A stretch of DNA of 64,000 nt from Stegostoma tigrinum (taxonomy: Eukaryota), in NCBI RefSeq assembly GCF_030684315.1, contig NC_081365.1, positions 39,027,830-39,091,829 on the forward strand, written 5' to 3'. This document shows positions 36,459 through 48,400 of the stretch, in pieces; the first letter of the stretch is position 1; each line of letters starts with the position of its first letter. The notes below the pieces were generated by a model. That model had not been told where the DNA came from. It did no database searches and saw only the letters and a list, made by a program, of their open reading frames with translations. Made by a program: the position numbers and the translations under genes.

Positions 36459-38620
36459 AGCTTTTCTGCTCCTCTGATGCTGCTTGGCCTGCCGTGTTCA
36501 GCCAGCTCTATACCTTGTTATCTCAAATTCTCCAGCATCGGCAGATCCTATTATCTCAAGAATGAGAGGTCATTGCTTTAGATTAAGCAGTGGCAGATTT
36601 AGAACAAAGATGAGGAGGAATTACTTCAGTCAAAATTTCCTGAATCTGTGAAATTCATTACGTAAGAGCATACATAGGGACATGCATAGGAATTAGGCGT
36701 GGAAGTAGGCATTTCAGATCTTCACGTCCATTCTGCCGTTTAACATGACCTAATCCTGTTCTCAATTCCACTTTTATGTTTGTTCCCCATAGCCCTTTAT
36801 TTGGTTTTTCATCTGAAACATATTGATTTATTTCTTGAATCTGTTGGTTGATTCTGCCTCCACTGCAGTCTGGTGCAGTGAGTTCCACAGATTCATAACC
36901 TTCTGAGGGAAATAGTTTCTCCTCATCCTAGCTTTACTTCAGCGTGCAGTGAACGTTAGGACGCTGAATAAATGGACGGAGCAGACAGACTGATTTTTAA
37001 TTAGTAAGGGGTTAAAGGGTTACGCAAGTAGGCAGGAAGGTTAAGGCCGAGATGAAGTCAGCCATGATCATATTAAATGGCTGAGCAGGCTCAAAGAGAT
37101 GAATCACATATTGCAGCTTCTGGCTCTTATGCTTTGTGACGGTATTAGGTAATTGTGTCCACTGTGAACTAGCACTGCATATCTTGTGTCTGGAAAAGCT
37201 TTACAGTCTGTATAAGAAAAAGAAGAGTTATTCAGAAATAAATCTGGAGAAGGTTCTTCATCATCTGTACGAATTATGGTGTTCCTATCTGAAACAAAAG
37301 TAAAATGTAATGACATATTACTATTGCTGCTGATCACAATTTCATGATGTGTTAGTGTGTAAAGCCTATCATATCATGGACAAGTCCCACATTGTCAAAG
37401 ACAACCAAAGATCCATGCTAGTTTTGGCTTAACACTCTGTCTAACTCAAAAAAAATAAAGCTAAGGGAAAGAATAAACACTTCACAAGCTTCCTGATATC
37501 TTAGCAAAGGCAATGGGGCAAAGAGCAAAGAGAGAAGAAGACTGCTGTTAGCAAACAGATAGACAATGACTTTGAGCCATGGAGCACAGTTTCATGTATC
37601 CCATTATCCAATCTGTGGTCAGTATACTGCTCTGAGCAAAGTGACCCCATCATCCATGACGATTAGTGTTGCTATTAGTATTTTTATTAGCATTGCCCAA
37701 CCCAGTATTCCCATTTGGTACCAGTCAACCATTCTCACCTGTTAGGTGTTGTGCATCTTTGTCTACCTATTTAGGTTGCATATCATATCTAAATTATTGA
37801 TTCTTAAGAAACTTAAATTCAACTGCCTTAAAATTGCTTATGAATTCTTAACCACTTATTTTGGATAATCCATGACTTACAAACCCTAAATCTTGCAAAA
37901 CTCAATACATTTGAAGGAGAAGCAAATTTAGAATCATCTTTTTTCAGTTTCCAAGGTCATGTTATTGATGTGCGTCTCCTCTACCTAACAGATTTTTATA
38001 TAACACGACTTTTATAATAGTTTGTTGTTACCTTTAGTATCAATAATGATCTCAGAAATAAACTCACCTGTGAATATGACTCGAGCGTGCTTGGACTTTG
38101 CCATCCATCTGTGCCATACGGAGCCCATATATTGATTTTTGGAGTCATGCTTTTGTATCAGGTCATGTTCCACTGCTACTTGACATGATTTGTGGAATTA
38201 ACTTCAATCACATTTACCAGTACATCTTTCTGGATCCTAGCAACAGGATTTTATTAATCAAATGTTTGAAAACATTGTCTACACTTCTGCACAAAAATAA
38301 ATGACTTTGAATCTGTGATTTCCAGTTACTGACTCACTCACTAAATAGAGTAGGTCAAAAAAGAAACTGTTCTATCATAACCTCTGATCATCTTGAAAAT
38401 CCTGATTAAACTTCTTGTAACTTTTCAACATCTCCCCAAAACTGAAATTATGCATTCCTGACAGCATCTGCATTTTCTAAAGGCTTCATTTGATGACACC
38501 AAAGAGCATGCGCAGTTTACTCCAGGAAGATGTTTATACATGAGCTAGTGCATGAAATTTATTCAGAAATGTCTTTGTCACTGGGCTGGCTGTCAATATG
38601 AAAAAGGCTGGATCCACAGA

Positions 38621-38872
38621 TGGTGTCTGTGACTGTGATAATGGGAACTGCAGATGCTGGAGAATCCAAGATAACAAAGTGTGGAGCTGGATGAACACAG
38701 CAGGCCAAGCAGCATCTCAGGAGCACAAAAGCTGATGTTTCGGGCCTAGACACTTCATCACCTCTCTGACGAAGGGTCTAGGCCCGAAACGTCAGCTTTT
38801 GTGCTCCTGAGATGCTGCTTGGCCTGCTGTGTTCATCCAGCTCCACACTTTGTTATCTTGGTGTCTGTGACT
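38621..38872. mobile_element. PLE family B hairpin insertion with 14-bp TSD
   Basis: TGGTGTCTGTGACT at 38621-38634 and 38859-38872, with near-perfect inverted arms around a ~6-nt loop. Confidence 0.85.
38766..38793 (+). ncRNA. Minimal type I hammerhead ribozyme motif
   Basis: CT-CTGACGA-A-GGGTCTAGGCCC-GAAA-CGTC-AG. Confidence 0.75.
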
Positions 38873-41800
38873 CTCTGCTTTAACTTCTGCATTTTGGCTG
38901 GCTTCTTACCTTTCAATATCTATACCATTTCAATAATTTTCAGACTTTGGCAATATTTTTGAATATTTTTTGAATATATATTTTTAACTATTTTCATCTT
39001 TAAAGATCAGGTGGGGTGAAAAGATCAGGCATAGTAGGACAAAAGAAAAGTGGTGGGGAAAGAGATCAGATGGGGCACATTTTCCTCAACTCGCAGACCC
39101 AAAACTCCCAGCAGACCTATCCATTCTCTCTCACCCTCCTCCTCCCATTCACGTCCTTTCTCTCCACACTCTCACCCCCATCTATTCCTGCCAACCGCCA
39201 ATTCATGCTCTTCTGCTGCCCCATAACCCTGTCAGTTCTCTGCCCACTCGATTCTCATTTCAAGCCCATATCATTTCTGCGCACATGCACAATGTGAACT
39301 TGTATGAATGATGCAAAAATGTTAACATACAGGAACTGTGCATATGCACATTGCCATATGAATGGATATGTACAGTCACTCAAAGTTCCAGTGTCACCAA
39401 ACATTACCACTAATTAAAGCATACTGCCTTTCCAGACTGTACCTCCCCAAAGCTCTTCGCACTTCGTCATACTAAACTTTATCTGTCATGTTCCTGCCTA
39501 TTTTACCATGATGTCTACATCATTCTGAAACTGAAAACCACCCTAATTCATAGGCAATGTTTAATACCATCTTCAAACTTTATAATGCTACCCCGCACCT
39601 AGAATATAGGCTGGTGAGAAACACAGACAGCAGTGGGCAGTGACACAGTTGGTAGCACTAATATCTGAATCAAAATCTGGTGGATTTTTGCTCCAATTCA
39701 GAGATTTTAAAACTCCAGTGTAGGACAGGTTATTCAATGAACCTTAAAAATTGTCATAAGCCTTCATTCATTTCGTTTGATATCCTTAATGCATTAACTT
39801 TGAATGTTCTATCCTTTCTCTTCAAAGATGTATGTTTAGTTGGTAGCTAATTGATCTTTTCATTGAATAAGCTCCTTGTATATATATTATTAAATTGATA
39901 CAAGGTCCAGATGGGACAAGCTGTTTGTAAATATTATCACGTTGATGTTCTGTTATCTCAACGAATATTGTTATGATCCAAAATTAGGCAGCTCACGTCA
40001 TGTTATGATGTGGTTATGGTCCGATAGCCTTTTAAGTATATGAAAGATGAGATCTTGAGGACTTATTAAGAGAATAATGTCAAAAGATTCCAGATTTTAG
40101 ACAAACAATAACACTTTGCTGTACAAGATATAACACTAATACAGAGTACAATACATGTGCAACTTAGTAGCTAGAATTAACAGTGGTAAACACGGGTAAT
40201 ATACTGTGACAGAACACACCACAGTGAGCATGGAATGTATCCAGCTCAGATCCCATGGATTTCTCAGCAACTCCACATTGGTGGGTCTTCAAATCTCTTC
40301 CAATTCAGCCTTAAAAATCCTTTCCAAGAGCCGAATCCGGTTCAAAGTCTGCTCATGTTCTATTCACTCACTTCTTGTGTGCTTTTCAACCCCTACTCTC
40401 AGCTTTACAGCCCTACTTGCAGCACTCTGGGTCCTATGAGCCACCAAAACTTCCAGGATTTTTTCTTCAGCCCCTACTATAATGCCTCAGCTGCTTAACA
40501 AATCATACAACTTGGGCTGAGTTCCAACACCGCAAAGATAGCGAACTGTTGTTGATATCTTCTCACCATTTCCTCTACAGAACAACTATGAAAATCAGTT
40601 GTCTTCCGCACACAGTAGAGCTAAATATCAGCGCTTCTGACATGGAATCTACTCTGGCTCTTGCATATATATATTGACCTTCAGTAACTGTAGTGCTTTG
40701 AAGTGCTGTTCAGCTACCTCAAACTGTTCTGAATGATCAACTGAAAGCCTTGCAACATGCTTATCCCCAAGTGCCACATTGAATGCTGCTATGGAGCAAC
40801 TTTTAGAACTTTGTGCACTCTGGGTATTAAATTTCATAGAATTCTGGCTTAATACATAAAAAAGGGTATTACTCATGAATTTCATCACAATGTCTTATTT
40901 TCTTGAAATTTTCCAATGATGTTTATAAATGAGTATATGTGCAATATTACAATTTCTTTTCATTTGATTCCAAGTGCGCCACTGGCAAATGCACCCTTTT
41001 CCTCAGCCGGAGGTTTTCAATTCACCTGAACACAGTGTGGAGAAGAATCTGATAGGGAGAATGACCAATCTTTGACAGAGCTATTGATCATAAATGGGAT
41101 AAGCAACTAATGTGTGATTCTCACAACTTTGCCTATCTCTCCATGAACTGCCACATATTCCAGAACAACTAAATGCAGGCACAGGACAACCTTCACCAGT
41201 TAATACCAGTGGTATCAGTGGTGATCACTTTACATTGACAAAGAGCTGAAGCTCAGAACAATTCTGTTTCTGTACACTCACCAGCTCAGAAAAACAGGCA
41301 GTTCAACAAATTCACTGTAGCCAATTTTCAACTTCCATTTGGCCTGTGTTTGAAGATCAACTAGCAGCTGAAAACCAGGAGCATGATATGTTAGATACCA
41401 GTCCCATATTCTACATGCAAATCTTGCCGAACTCAATTTGCAGGCTCCTTGAATGTTTGTTGGTCTCTGTTTACAATTTTCAGGAGCAGATAGGTGATCT
41501 CCAACCCATGCATACTCAGGCCATTTATTCCATGCAGTGATAAGTCTAACTAACTATTCTGAAAGTGATAATGAAAGCACAGGCCTAGGATTTTTTTGGG
41601 GGGCAGTGCTTTTATTCGAAACAAAAGCTCCCATTACATTTTTACAGTACTGTCATTTTACTCTGCTGACTTTCCATATTGTCAATCTCTTCTATTTTCT
41701 AATTTTCCTCCATGGTTGCCTTTGAAGATCAAATGTTTTTGTTTCTTTAACATCTGTCTATATAGATGGCCAATTCCCTGCTTTTCAATGCAAATTACTG

Positions 41801-41934
41801 GCTTTTATTAACAATGCTTCTCCACCCACATTACCGCCCCCACCCACCTCCGGAAAGGACATCAGGAATTTGGATTCATCAATAGTTCAGAATTATTGTT
41901 CAAATCACTACCTATGCACAGGGTAAAATTTCCA

Positions 41935-42030
41935 TTCTGAGGAAGGGTCACCGGACCCGAGACGTTAACTCTTGTTTTCTCCTTCACAGATGCTCCCAGA
42001 CCGACTGCGCTTTTCCAGCAACTTTGTTTT
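41935..42030 (+). mobile_element. PLE family C terminus with decayed hammerhead
   Basis: CTGAGGA-A-GGGTC-ACCG-GACCC-GAGA-CGTT, with a perfect stem II and GAAA>GAGA. The same family occurs at ~1247 and ~44804. Confidence 0.6.
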
Positions 42031-42539
42031 TGCGCTTGAAGGACTTATTCAAAATCAATCAGCAGAAGAAATAACGACTGCGCCTTAAGCCACAGTAATA
42101 GCTAATCCGTTTTAACAGGAAACCATTCGAAACCTCAGAATTGAAACTCCGTATTGGATTTATCTCAAGGTTTGTGTTAAATTAACCTGAGCGAGTTCTC
42201 ATTTGTACATCAAGCATATGATTTATGCCAGGAGCGCTAGTGATCAGATACATACAGGATGTGAACTGTCTTCCTACCTTTAAATAGATTGTGACCAAGT
42301 GCAAAAGTGAGTTACAAGCCCCAGAAAGAGAAACAGAACTGAAACAAACGCTGAGTCGTTGACTGTTACCACATGCTGTTTTATTTCAAAATTACAACAT
42401 TCTCAGTATTCCGGATTTTGCTCAAATTAGAATACTCACACATTTTCATTGAAAGGAGAAAAGTTCTCGCGTGAGTTCAGTAGCCGGAAATCTTCACTCA
42501 TTTATAATTAACTCCTTTCATCTAATGCTAATATAGTCA

Positions 42540-43190
42540 ATACAGCATGGAGCTGGAGGAACTCAGCAGGTCAGGCAGCATCAGAGGAAAATGAGGGTCA
42601 AAGCTTCGGGCCGGGCCCATGATCAGGCCTGGGGTGGGGGAAGAGAGCTCGGAAATAAATAAGGAGTGGGATGCGGCTGGGGAAGGTAGATGGGATATGG
42701 ATAAGTAGGGAGGGAGTGGTGGGGATTGGTCACTGGGATGGTTGGGAGAGAAGATGGGCAGGTTGTGTCAGGTCAACGAGGATAAGAGGGAGAGTTGGGC
42801 GTCAGAAAAGGCCAGTTGGGGGGCGGGGCAGATTTTGAAAGTGGAGAATTCTATGTTCAGGCCATTGGGCTGTAGACTGTGGAGGGGGAATATGAGGTGT
42901 TGCTCCATAAGTGTGAGTGTGGTGTAATTATGCCACTGAAGGAGGCCCAGAATGGACATGTCCCTAAGGAGTGTTGGGGGAGATAAAGTGCTTCAGGACC
43001 AGAAGGTGTTGATGATTGTAGCATACGGAACAAAGGTGCTCTGCAAATCGGTCACTGAGTCTACGTTTGGTCTCGCCGACCACATCAGGAGCGTTGGATA
43101 CAGTAGACCAGGTTGGAGGATGTACGGGTGAATCCCTGTCAGATATGGAAAGTTTGTCTTGGGCCTTGAATGGAGGTGAGAGGGGAAGTG
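42540..43190 (-). mobile_element. Penelope-like element 3' part (GIY-YIG endonuclease remnant plus terminus)
   Basis: GETKRRLSDRFAEHL...KHFISP and SILGLLQW...MEQHLIFPLHSLQPNGLNIEFSTFKI. Confidence 0.85.
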
Positions 43191-43419
43191 TAACACCTCC
43201 TGCTCTCAGGGTCAATTTTCCAGATTTGCCCATCACATTAGCACTTGTTTCTGGCACAAATTGTCAATTGAAATGAAATTTATTCAAAGGAGCACAGTTG
43301 AAGATTTCATGGATATACCGCAAAACCATGTGACTTTGAAGCAGAAGTTGGCCATTCAGCCTTTTGAGGGCATGTGACATTATTTAATGGAATGATGGAT
43401 GATCTGATAACCCTCAAAC

Positions 43420-43725
43420 CCTCAAAAAAGTTAGCGAGTTTTGAGAAGATTTATAGCTCAGGTTAAGGTTCTGGATGTGAGTTTGCTCGCTGAGCTGGAA
43501 GGTTAGTTTTCAGACGTTTTGTCACCATTCTAGGTAACATCATCAGTGAGCCTCCGACGAAGCGCTGGTGTTATGTCCTGCTTTCTATTTATCTGAAAGT
43601 AGAAAGCGGGACATAACACCAGCGCTTCGTCGGAGGCTCACTGATGATGCTACCTAGGATGGTGATGAAATGTCTGAAAACTAACCTTCCAGCTCAGCGA
43701 GCAAACTCACATCCTCAAAAAAGTT
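43420..43725. mobile_element. PLE family A fold-back pLTR, uninterrupted (empty Tx1 target)
   Basis: Perfect 13-bp TSD CCTCAAAAAAGTT (43420-43432 and 43713-43725), inverted arms, and hammerhead motifs on both strands. Confidence 0.9.
43641..43674 (+). ncRNA. Hammerhead ribozyme motif, PLE family A (slightly decayed)
   Basis: TCA-CTGATGA-T-GCTACC-TAGGAT-GGTGAT-GAAA-TGTC-TGA. The consensus with the opposite arm is CTGATGA T GTTACC TAGAAT GGTGAC GAAA CGTC, with stem I TCA/TGA. Confidence 0.7.
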
Positions 43726-43919
43726 GTCAATCTCAGCCTTGAATATATTGTACTACCCAACATGAACAGTTGTGTGGTAAAAAAAATTCCACAGGTTCAA
43801 GACCATTTAAGAGGAGAAACTACTCCTCATATTTGTCTTAAATGTGTGCCTCCTTATTTTGAGATTATGCCTTCTTATCCAACATCTTCCACAAGGGGAA
43901 ACACATTTCCACATCTACT

Positions 43920-44325
43920 GTGATCAGAGATAATGGGAACTGCAGATGCTGGAGAATCCAAGATAACAAAGTGTGGAGCTGGATGAACACAGCAGGCCAA
44001 GCAGCATCTTAGGAGCACAAAAACTGATGATTCGGGCCTAGACCCTTCATCAGAAAAGCGGGATGGGGAGAGGATTCTGAAATAAATAGGGAGAGAGGGG
44101 GAGGCAGACTGAAGATGGATTGAGGAGAAGATAGGTGGAGAGGAGACTATGGGTGGGGAGGTAGGGAGGGGATAGGTCAGTGAGGGGAGGATGGACAGGT
44201 CAAGGAGCGGGATGAGGTTAGTAGGTAGGAAATGGAGGTGCAGCATGAGGTGGGAGGAGGGGATAGTTGAGAGCAAGAACAGGTTAGGCAGGCAGGGATG
44301 AGCTGGGCTGGTTTTGGGATGCAGC
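43920..44325 (-). mobile_element. PLE family B 3' region
   Basis: GAACTGCAGATGCTGG terminus and a purine-rich 3' region like 35850-36000. Confidence 0.8.
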
Positions 44326-44482
44326 AACCACTTTGATTATCAGTTAGTCTGCCATTACACACTACCTATTATTAGTCACTAACAGTCCCCATTAACGTCT
44401 ATTCAATGATCTAACCAGATCATTAACAACTCCTTTGTCTATCGAACTGCTCTTGACTCTGTTTGCACTCTATAACCACCCT

Positions 44483-44742
44483 CTCCCCATGTATTCGGTG
44501 TCAGGGTGACCCCCCCCGGTTACCCAGTACCCCCCTGACTCTCTCCCCATGTACCCAGTGTTAGGGTGATGCCCCCCCATCTCCCTGTGTACCCAGTGCC
44601 CGCCTGCGCCTGTCGCCATGTACCCGGTGTCAGGGTGATCCCCCATGTACCCGGTGTCAGGGTGACCCCCCCATCTCCCTGTGTACCCCCCATCTCCCTG
44701 TGTACCCAGTACCCCCCTGCCCCCCTCCCCATGTACCCAGTT
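44483..44742 (+). repeat. Minisatellite (CCCATGTACCCRGTGTCAGGGTGACCCC-like units) inside a PLE family C 3' region (44335-44900)
   Basis: About 8-9 imperfect units containing TGTACCC. Confidence 0.75.
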
Positions 44743-46061
44743 TACTCCTTACCCCCTCTCTATCTTCTGCATATAAACCAACATTTTCCTAGCCACTATC
44801 AGTTCTGAGGAAGGGTCACCAGACCCAACAGGTTAACTCTGATTTTTCTTCACAAATGCTGAGAAACCTGCTGAGCTTTTCCAGCAACTTTTGTTTTTGT
44901 TTTGTCACATTTCTGTAGGTCTGGAGTCACATGTAGACCAGACCAGGTAATGATGGCAGTTTTCTTCCCTAAGAACTAGATGGGGTTTTCTCCAAAAATG
45001 TCTGAATGAATACTGGTTGGTAGCTTACTGGACAATGGAATGATTAGATCAGAATTAAGCATGTGCCTATCCTTCCCTTCTATCAACAGATGCTTTCAGG
45101 AGGAGTGAATAGCAGTGTAGCAAATAGGAGTGAGAATATTAGCTAACCTTCTCTCCTTGAGGAATACAGAGTCCAATTTCTAGCTGATTGAAACTAAGTA
45201 GGACGAGACATACTATGGCATACATTATAAGAACTCATGCCACTAATGAGACTGTCTTCACTTAATTAGAGAAATGTGTCTTTTGAGTGTAATTCATAGT
45301 CCCTCTCCATTTAATGCTTTATCAACAATGACAAATGTTCAGTTGGCTATAGCTTTACTTGATAACATTATTGAATTTATTAGCAGATAACATGTCTAAG
45401 CATATCGGAAGCAGTTCAAAGAAGTTTACTACATGAATATCTGAAATGTGTGGGCTCCTTATAGGGAAGAATTGGACAGGCGAGATTTTGATTACTGGAG
45501 TTTAGAAGAGGAAAGCGTGACTTGATTGAGACATACAAGATCCTTGACAGATAGAATATGGGAATTGATCTTTCCACTTGTGGGAAAATCTAGAGAAAAG
45601 GATCATTGGTTAGAGATAATGGATCATTACCATAAGATAAAGCATTTTTTTCCCAGAGAATTGTGAACCTTTGGAATTCTCTTCCTGAAAAGGCACTGAA
45701 AAGTCTTTGAATATTTTGTAAGTAGAATTGAATAGATAAACAATAAAGTGATAAGTTTTCAGGGGGTATTTGGGTATGTGGAGTTGAGGTTACAATCAGA
45801 TCAGCAATGATCTTATTGAATGGCATAGAAGGCAAATGAGCAATTCCTTCTCCTATGTATATAGCTCAAGTGTTTGTATGTACCAAGAACATTATATAGT
45901 TTAAGCGCAGTCAATTTCACAAAAAAAATTTAGTGGCTAGTTAGGTACAGGTTGAGAAGTAAATAAGGAGTGCAGTAGAATGATGGGACTTGCAAGTGAT
46001 AAGCAGGGAGGAGTAGAGACAGGGTTTAGTTCACATTGCAAGAAAGTTTAAGAGAGTCAAT

Positions 46062-46375
46062 GGCCTGGCGGTAGTATCGCTGGACTGTTAATCCAGAGAC
46101 CCAGATAATGTTCTGGGGACCCAGGTTTGAATGCTGCCGTGGCTGATGGCAGAATTTGGAATTTGAATTCAACTTTAAAAATCTGGAATTAACAGTTTAA
46201 TGATGATGTTGTAGATTGACAGGAAAACCTATCTGGTACACTAATATCCTTTAGGGAAGGAAACTGCCATCCTGGTCTGTCCTTGCAATGTAGTTGATGC
46301 CCCTCCAGGGCACTTAGGGATGGGCAACAAATTCTGGCCCAGCCTGTAATGCCCACATTTCATAAATGGATTAAC
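46062..46375 (+). mobile_element. tRNA-derived SINE (SacSINE1-like); a second copy lies at ~49040-49330
   Basis: tRNA-like head, TCCTTTAGGGAAGGAAA core and a GGGATGGGCAA...CTGGCC LINE-type tail. Confidence 0.6.
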
Positions 46376-47599
46376 AGAAAATTTGCTAATGAGTCTCAAT
46401 ATAGCTCTTAATTGTAGGGATCATGAAGTTTAATTTTGATATCAGTGGGGATTGGGTTCTAACTGGGTCATCAACTCTGTTTATATTCCGAGAACTGTCA
46501 TATGATATTGCTGATACAGTGTTTAACCACATGATACTTGACCATGTGACAGTTGCTTCTTCTTTCCAGATTTTGATCAATTATATCTTAGTATCGGCCT
46601 GTTGTTTAATGTATTTTGATCTTGGAGTCAGGCAGCTTTGATACTTCTGTCTAATGACTGGCCGTCATCTCCTTGAAGCTGGCTTTCTGCAGTAGAGTGT
46701 AAAAGTTAGTGAACTGTGTTCAGCTTGGGTTCTTCATACAAAAGCTGTTAAACATAATAAAATTGTAGAACACTTTGACTGCAGATCACTTACATCGATT
46801 GCATTTTTGAAAATCAGGGAAAATTTACTTAAAGTTTCTCATTGCAGACCTGTGAAAGCATCACTATAGTAGAGTTTATTTAACCATTACTTATTCTTAA
46901 CTGTTTTATTCTTCCGAGTTCCTCTTTTTATGTATAAATCATGTCTCTCACCAGGCCTTAAAACAAAATGTCAAAATTATACTTCAGAGCTTGCCAGTGA
47001 AAATTGCCTGGAAGGTTCTGAGTAACTAGGTGAGGAAGCAACAGTACACATGAACTCTTATTCTCTCCAGCTTGTAACTATCCCTCACTCCTCAGTTTAT
47101 TTATTTCTCAATTCTGTCTCAGGAATGAAGGGCTCATCATATGGACAGCACTGAGGGCTGTGAATATGTATACAATGGAGTTTAGAAGGATGAGGAGGTG
47201 TCTCATTGAAACTTATAGAATATAGACTTGAATAGAGTGAACATGGGGAAGATGCTTCCAATAGTAGGAGAGACTAGGAACTGAGGGCATAGCCTCAGAG
47301 TGAAGGGATGATCCTGAGAAGTGAGATGAAGAGGAATTTCTTCAGCTAGAAGGAGGTGATTCTTTGAAACTCATTGCCATAGAAGGCTGTGGAGATGAAG
47401 TTATTGAGTATCTTTAAGAGAAAGGTAGGTAGGTTGTTGATTGGTATGGGGATCAAAGATTAGGGGGAGAAGGCAGTAGAAATGGGGTTTGAGAAATATA
47501 TCAGTCATTTTTGAATAGCGGAACAGCCTTAATAGACTGAATGGTCTAGTTCAGCTCCAATATCTTATAATTTTGTGCCTCTTTCTTTTCAGTCTGTAC

Positions 47600-48400
47600 T
47601 TCTTTCTCTTCCTTGCCCAGTTACTGACTCAGGACACCTGCAGGTTCCGGGCAATTTTCTTGTGAAGATTCTTCAACCTAATGGCTTTAAATGTGAAGAA
47701 TTTTTCTTTGAAAGTAGTGAAGGTACAGGTTGTCCGTCATCGCATGCTCTCAAATGGACTGTTCTTCTGCAATATTTGCAAGATACTTCACAACTTGGGC
47801 ACCATAGCACTGGATTTATGGTTTATGGATTTGCTCTTGCTCTCCCATGTATACTTGCTTTACTGATGTTTCTTTTATAATCCTGTAATTAAGAACTAGA
47901 TGGTCACTGGAGGCTTCCTGAGCCAAGGTTTCTCGTTAGTATCTAGCATTGCTCTGTTGTATTTATAGATGGCTGTTCATCTTATCAGTTGTGTTGCTTT
48001 TTCTATGGTGATATCACTCCTCAGATTGCAAAAAGCTTGATAGGTATTCATCAATAATACCAACAGCAATGCAGTCTCATATTAATTCTAGTTATTGATC
48101 TCCACTTTTGAATCAGCTGGGCCGTATAGGTCTTTAATAAAAGTAGTTACTGGTTCTCATGTTTTCTGGACCCTTTTCCAAGATGCTGTTGCTCCTGAAA
48201 CTGAAAGAGTCACTGAAGCCTTTTAAGACTTCTGCAGATTTATGCCCTGTGTTGTAATAAGTCTGCTATTGTTCCCATGGATCAATGTGTTGACATGTTC
48301 AGCTTCAGCCTTACTGTCCAATCCTTAAGAATCTTTTTTCTCCAAAGTGCCAGTTTTGAGCTTAATCTGGCCCTGCCAAAGCTGTTGAAAACTGTATTAA
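47600..48400 (-). mobile_element. Possible highly degraded Gypsy-type gag remnant
   Basis: Minus-strand fragments SDITIEKATQLIR and CKYCRRTVHLRAC. Many stops. Confidence 0.3.

Larger units (their letters stand above)
35729..36557. mobile_element. PLE family B inverted insertion with GIY-YIG C-terminal remnant and two intact hammerhead motifs
   Basis: Inverted arms. The remnant EQQLIFHWGTL*PNGINVDFTSFKI matches the element at 42540-43190. Confidence 0.85.
36568..42430 (-). pseudogene. Deleted tandem duplicate of the B7-like gene
   Basis: 36568-38060 parallels 11536-13110, 39720-41577 parallels 14080-15977, and 42067-42430 parallels the promoter at 35353-35710. Only the 3' third of the IgC exon remains (38068-38156, QKHDSKNQYMGSVWHRWMAKSKHARVIFT, with Cys>Gly). 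No IgV or signal exon is seen. Confidence 0.8.

Noticed and set aside
44483-44742. CRISPR-like repeat array
   Set aside because: The context is vertebrate and the units are degenerate tandem repeats without unique spacers, so this is a minisatellite.
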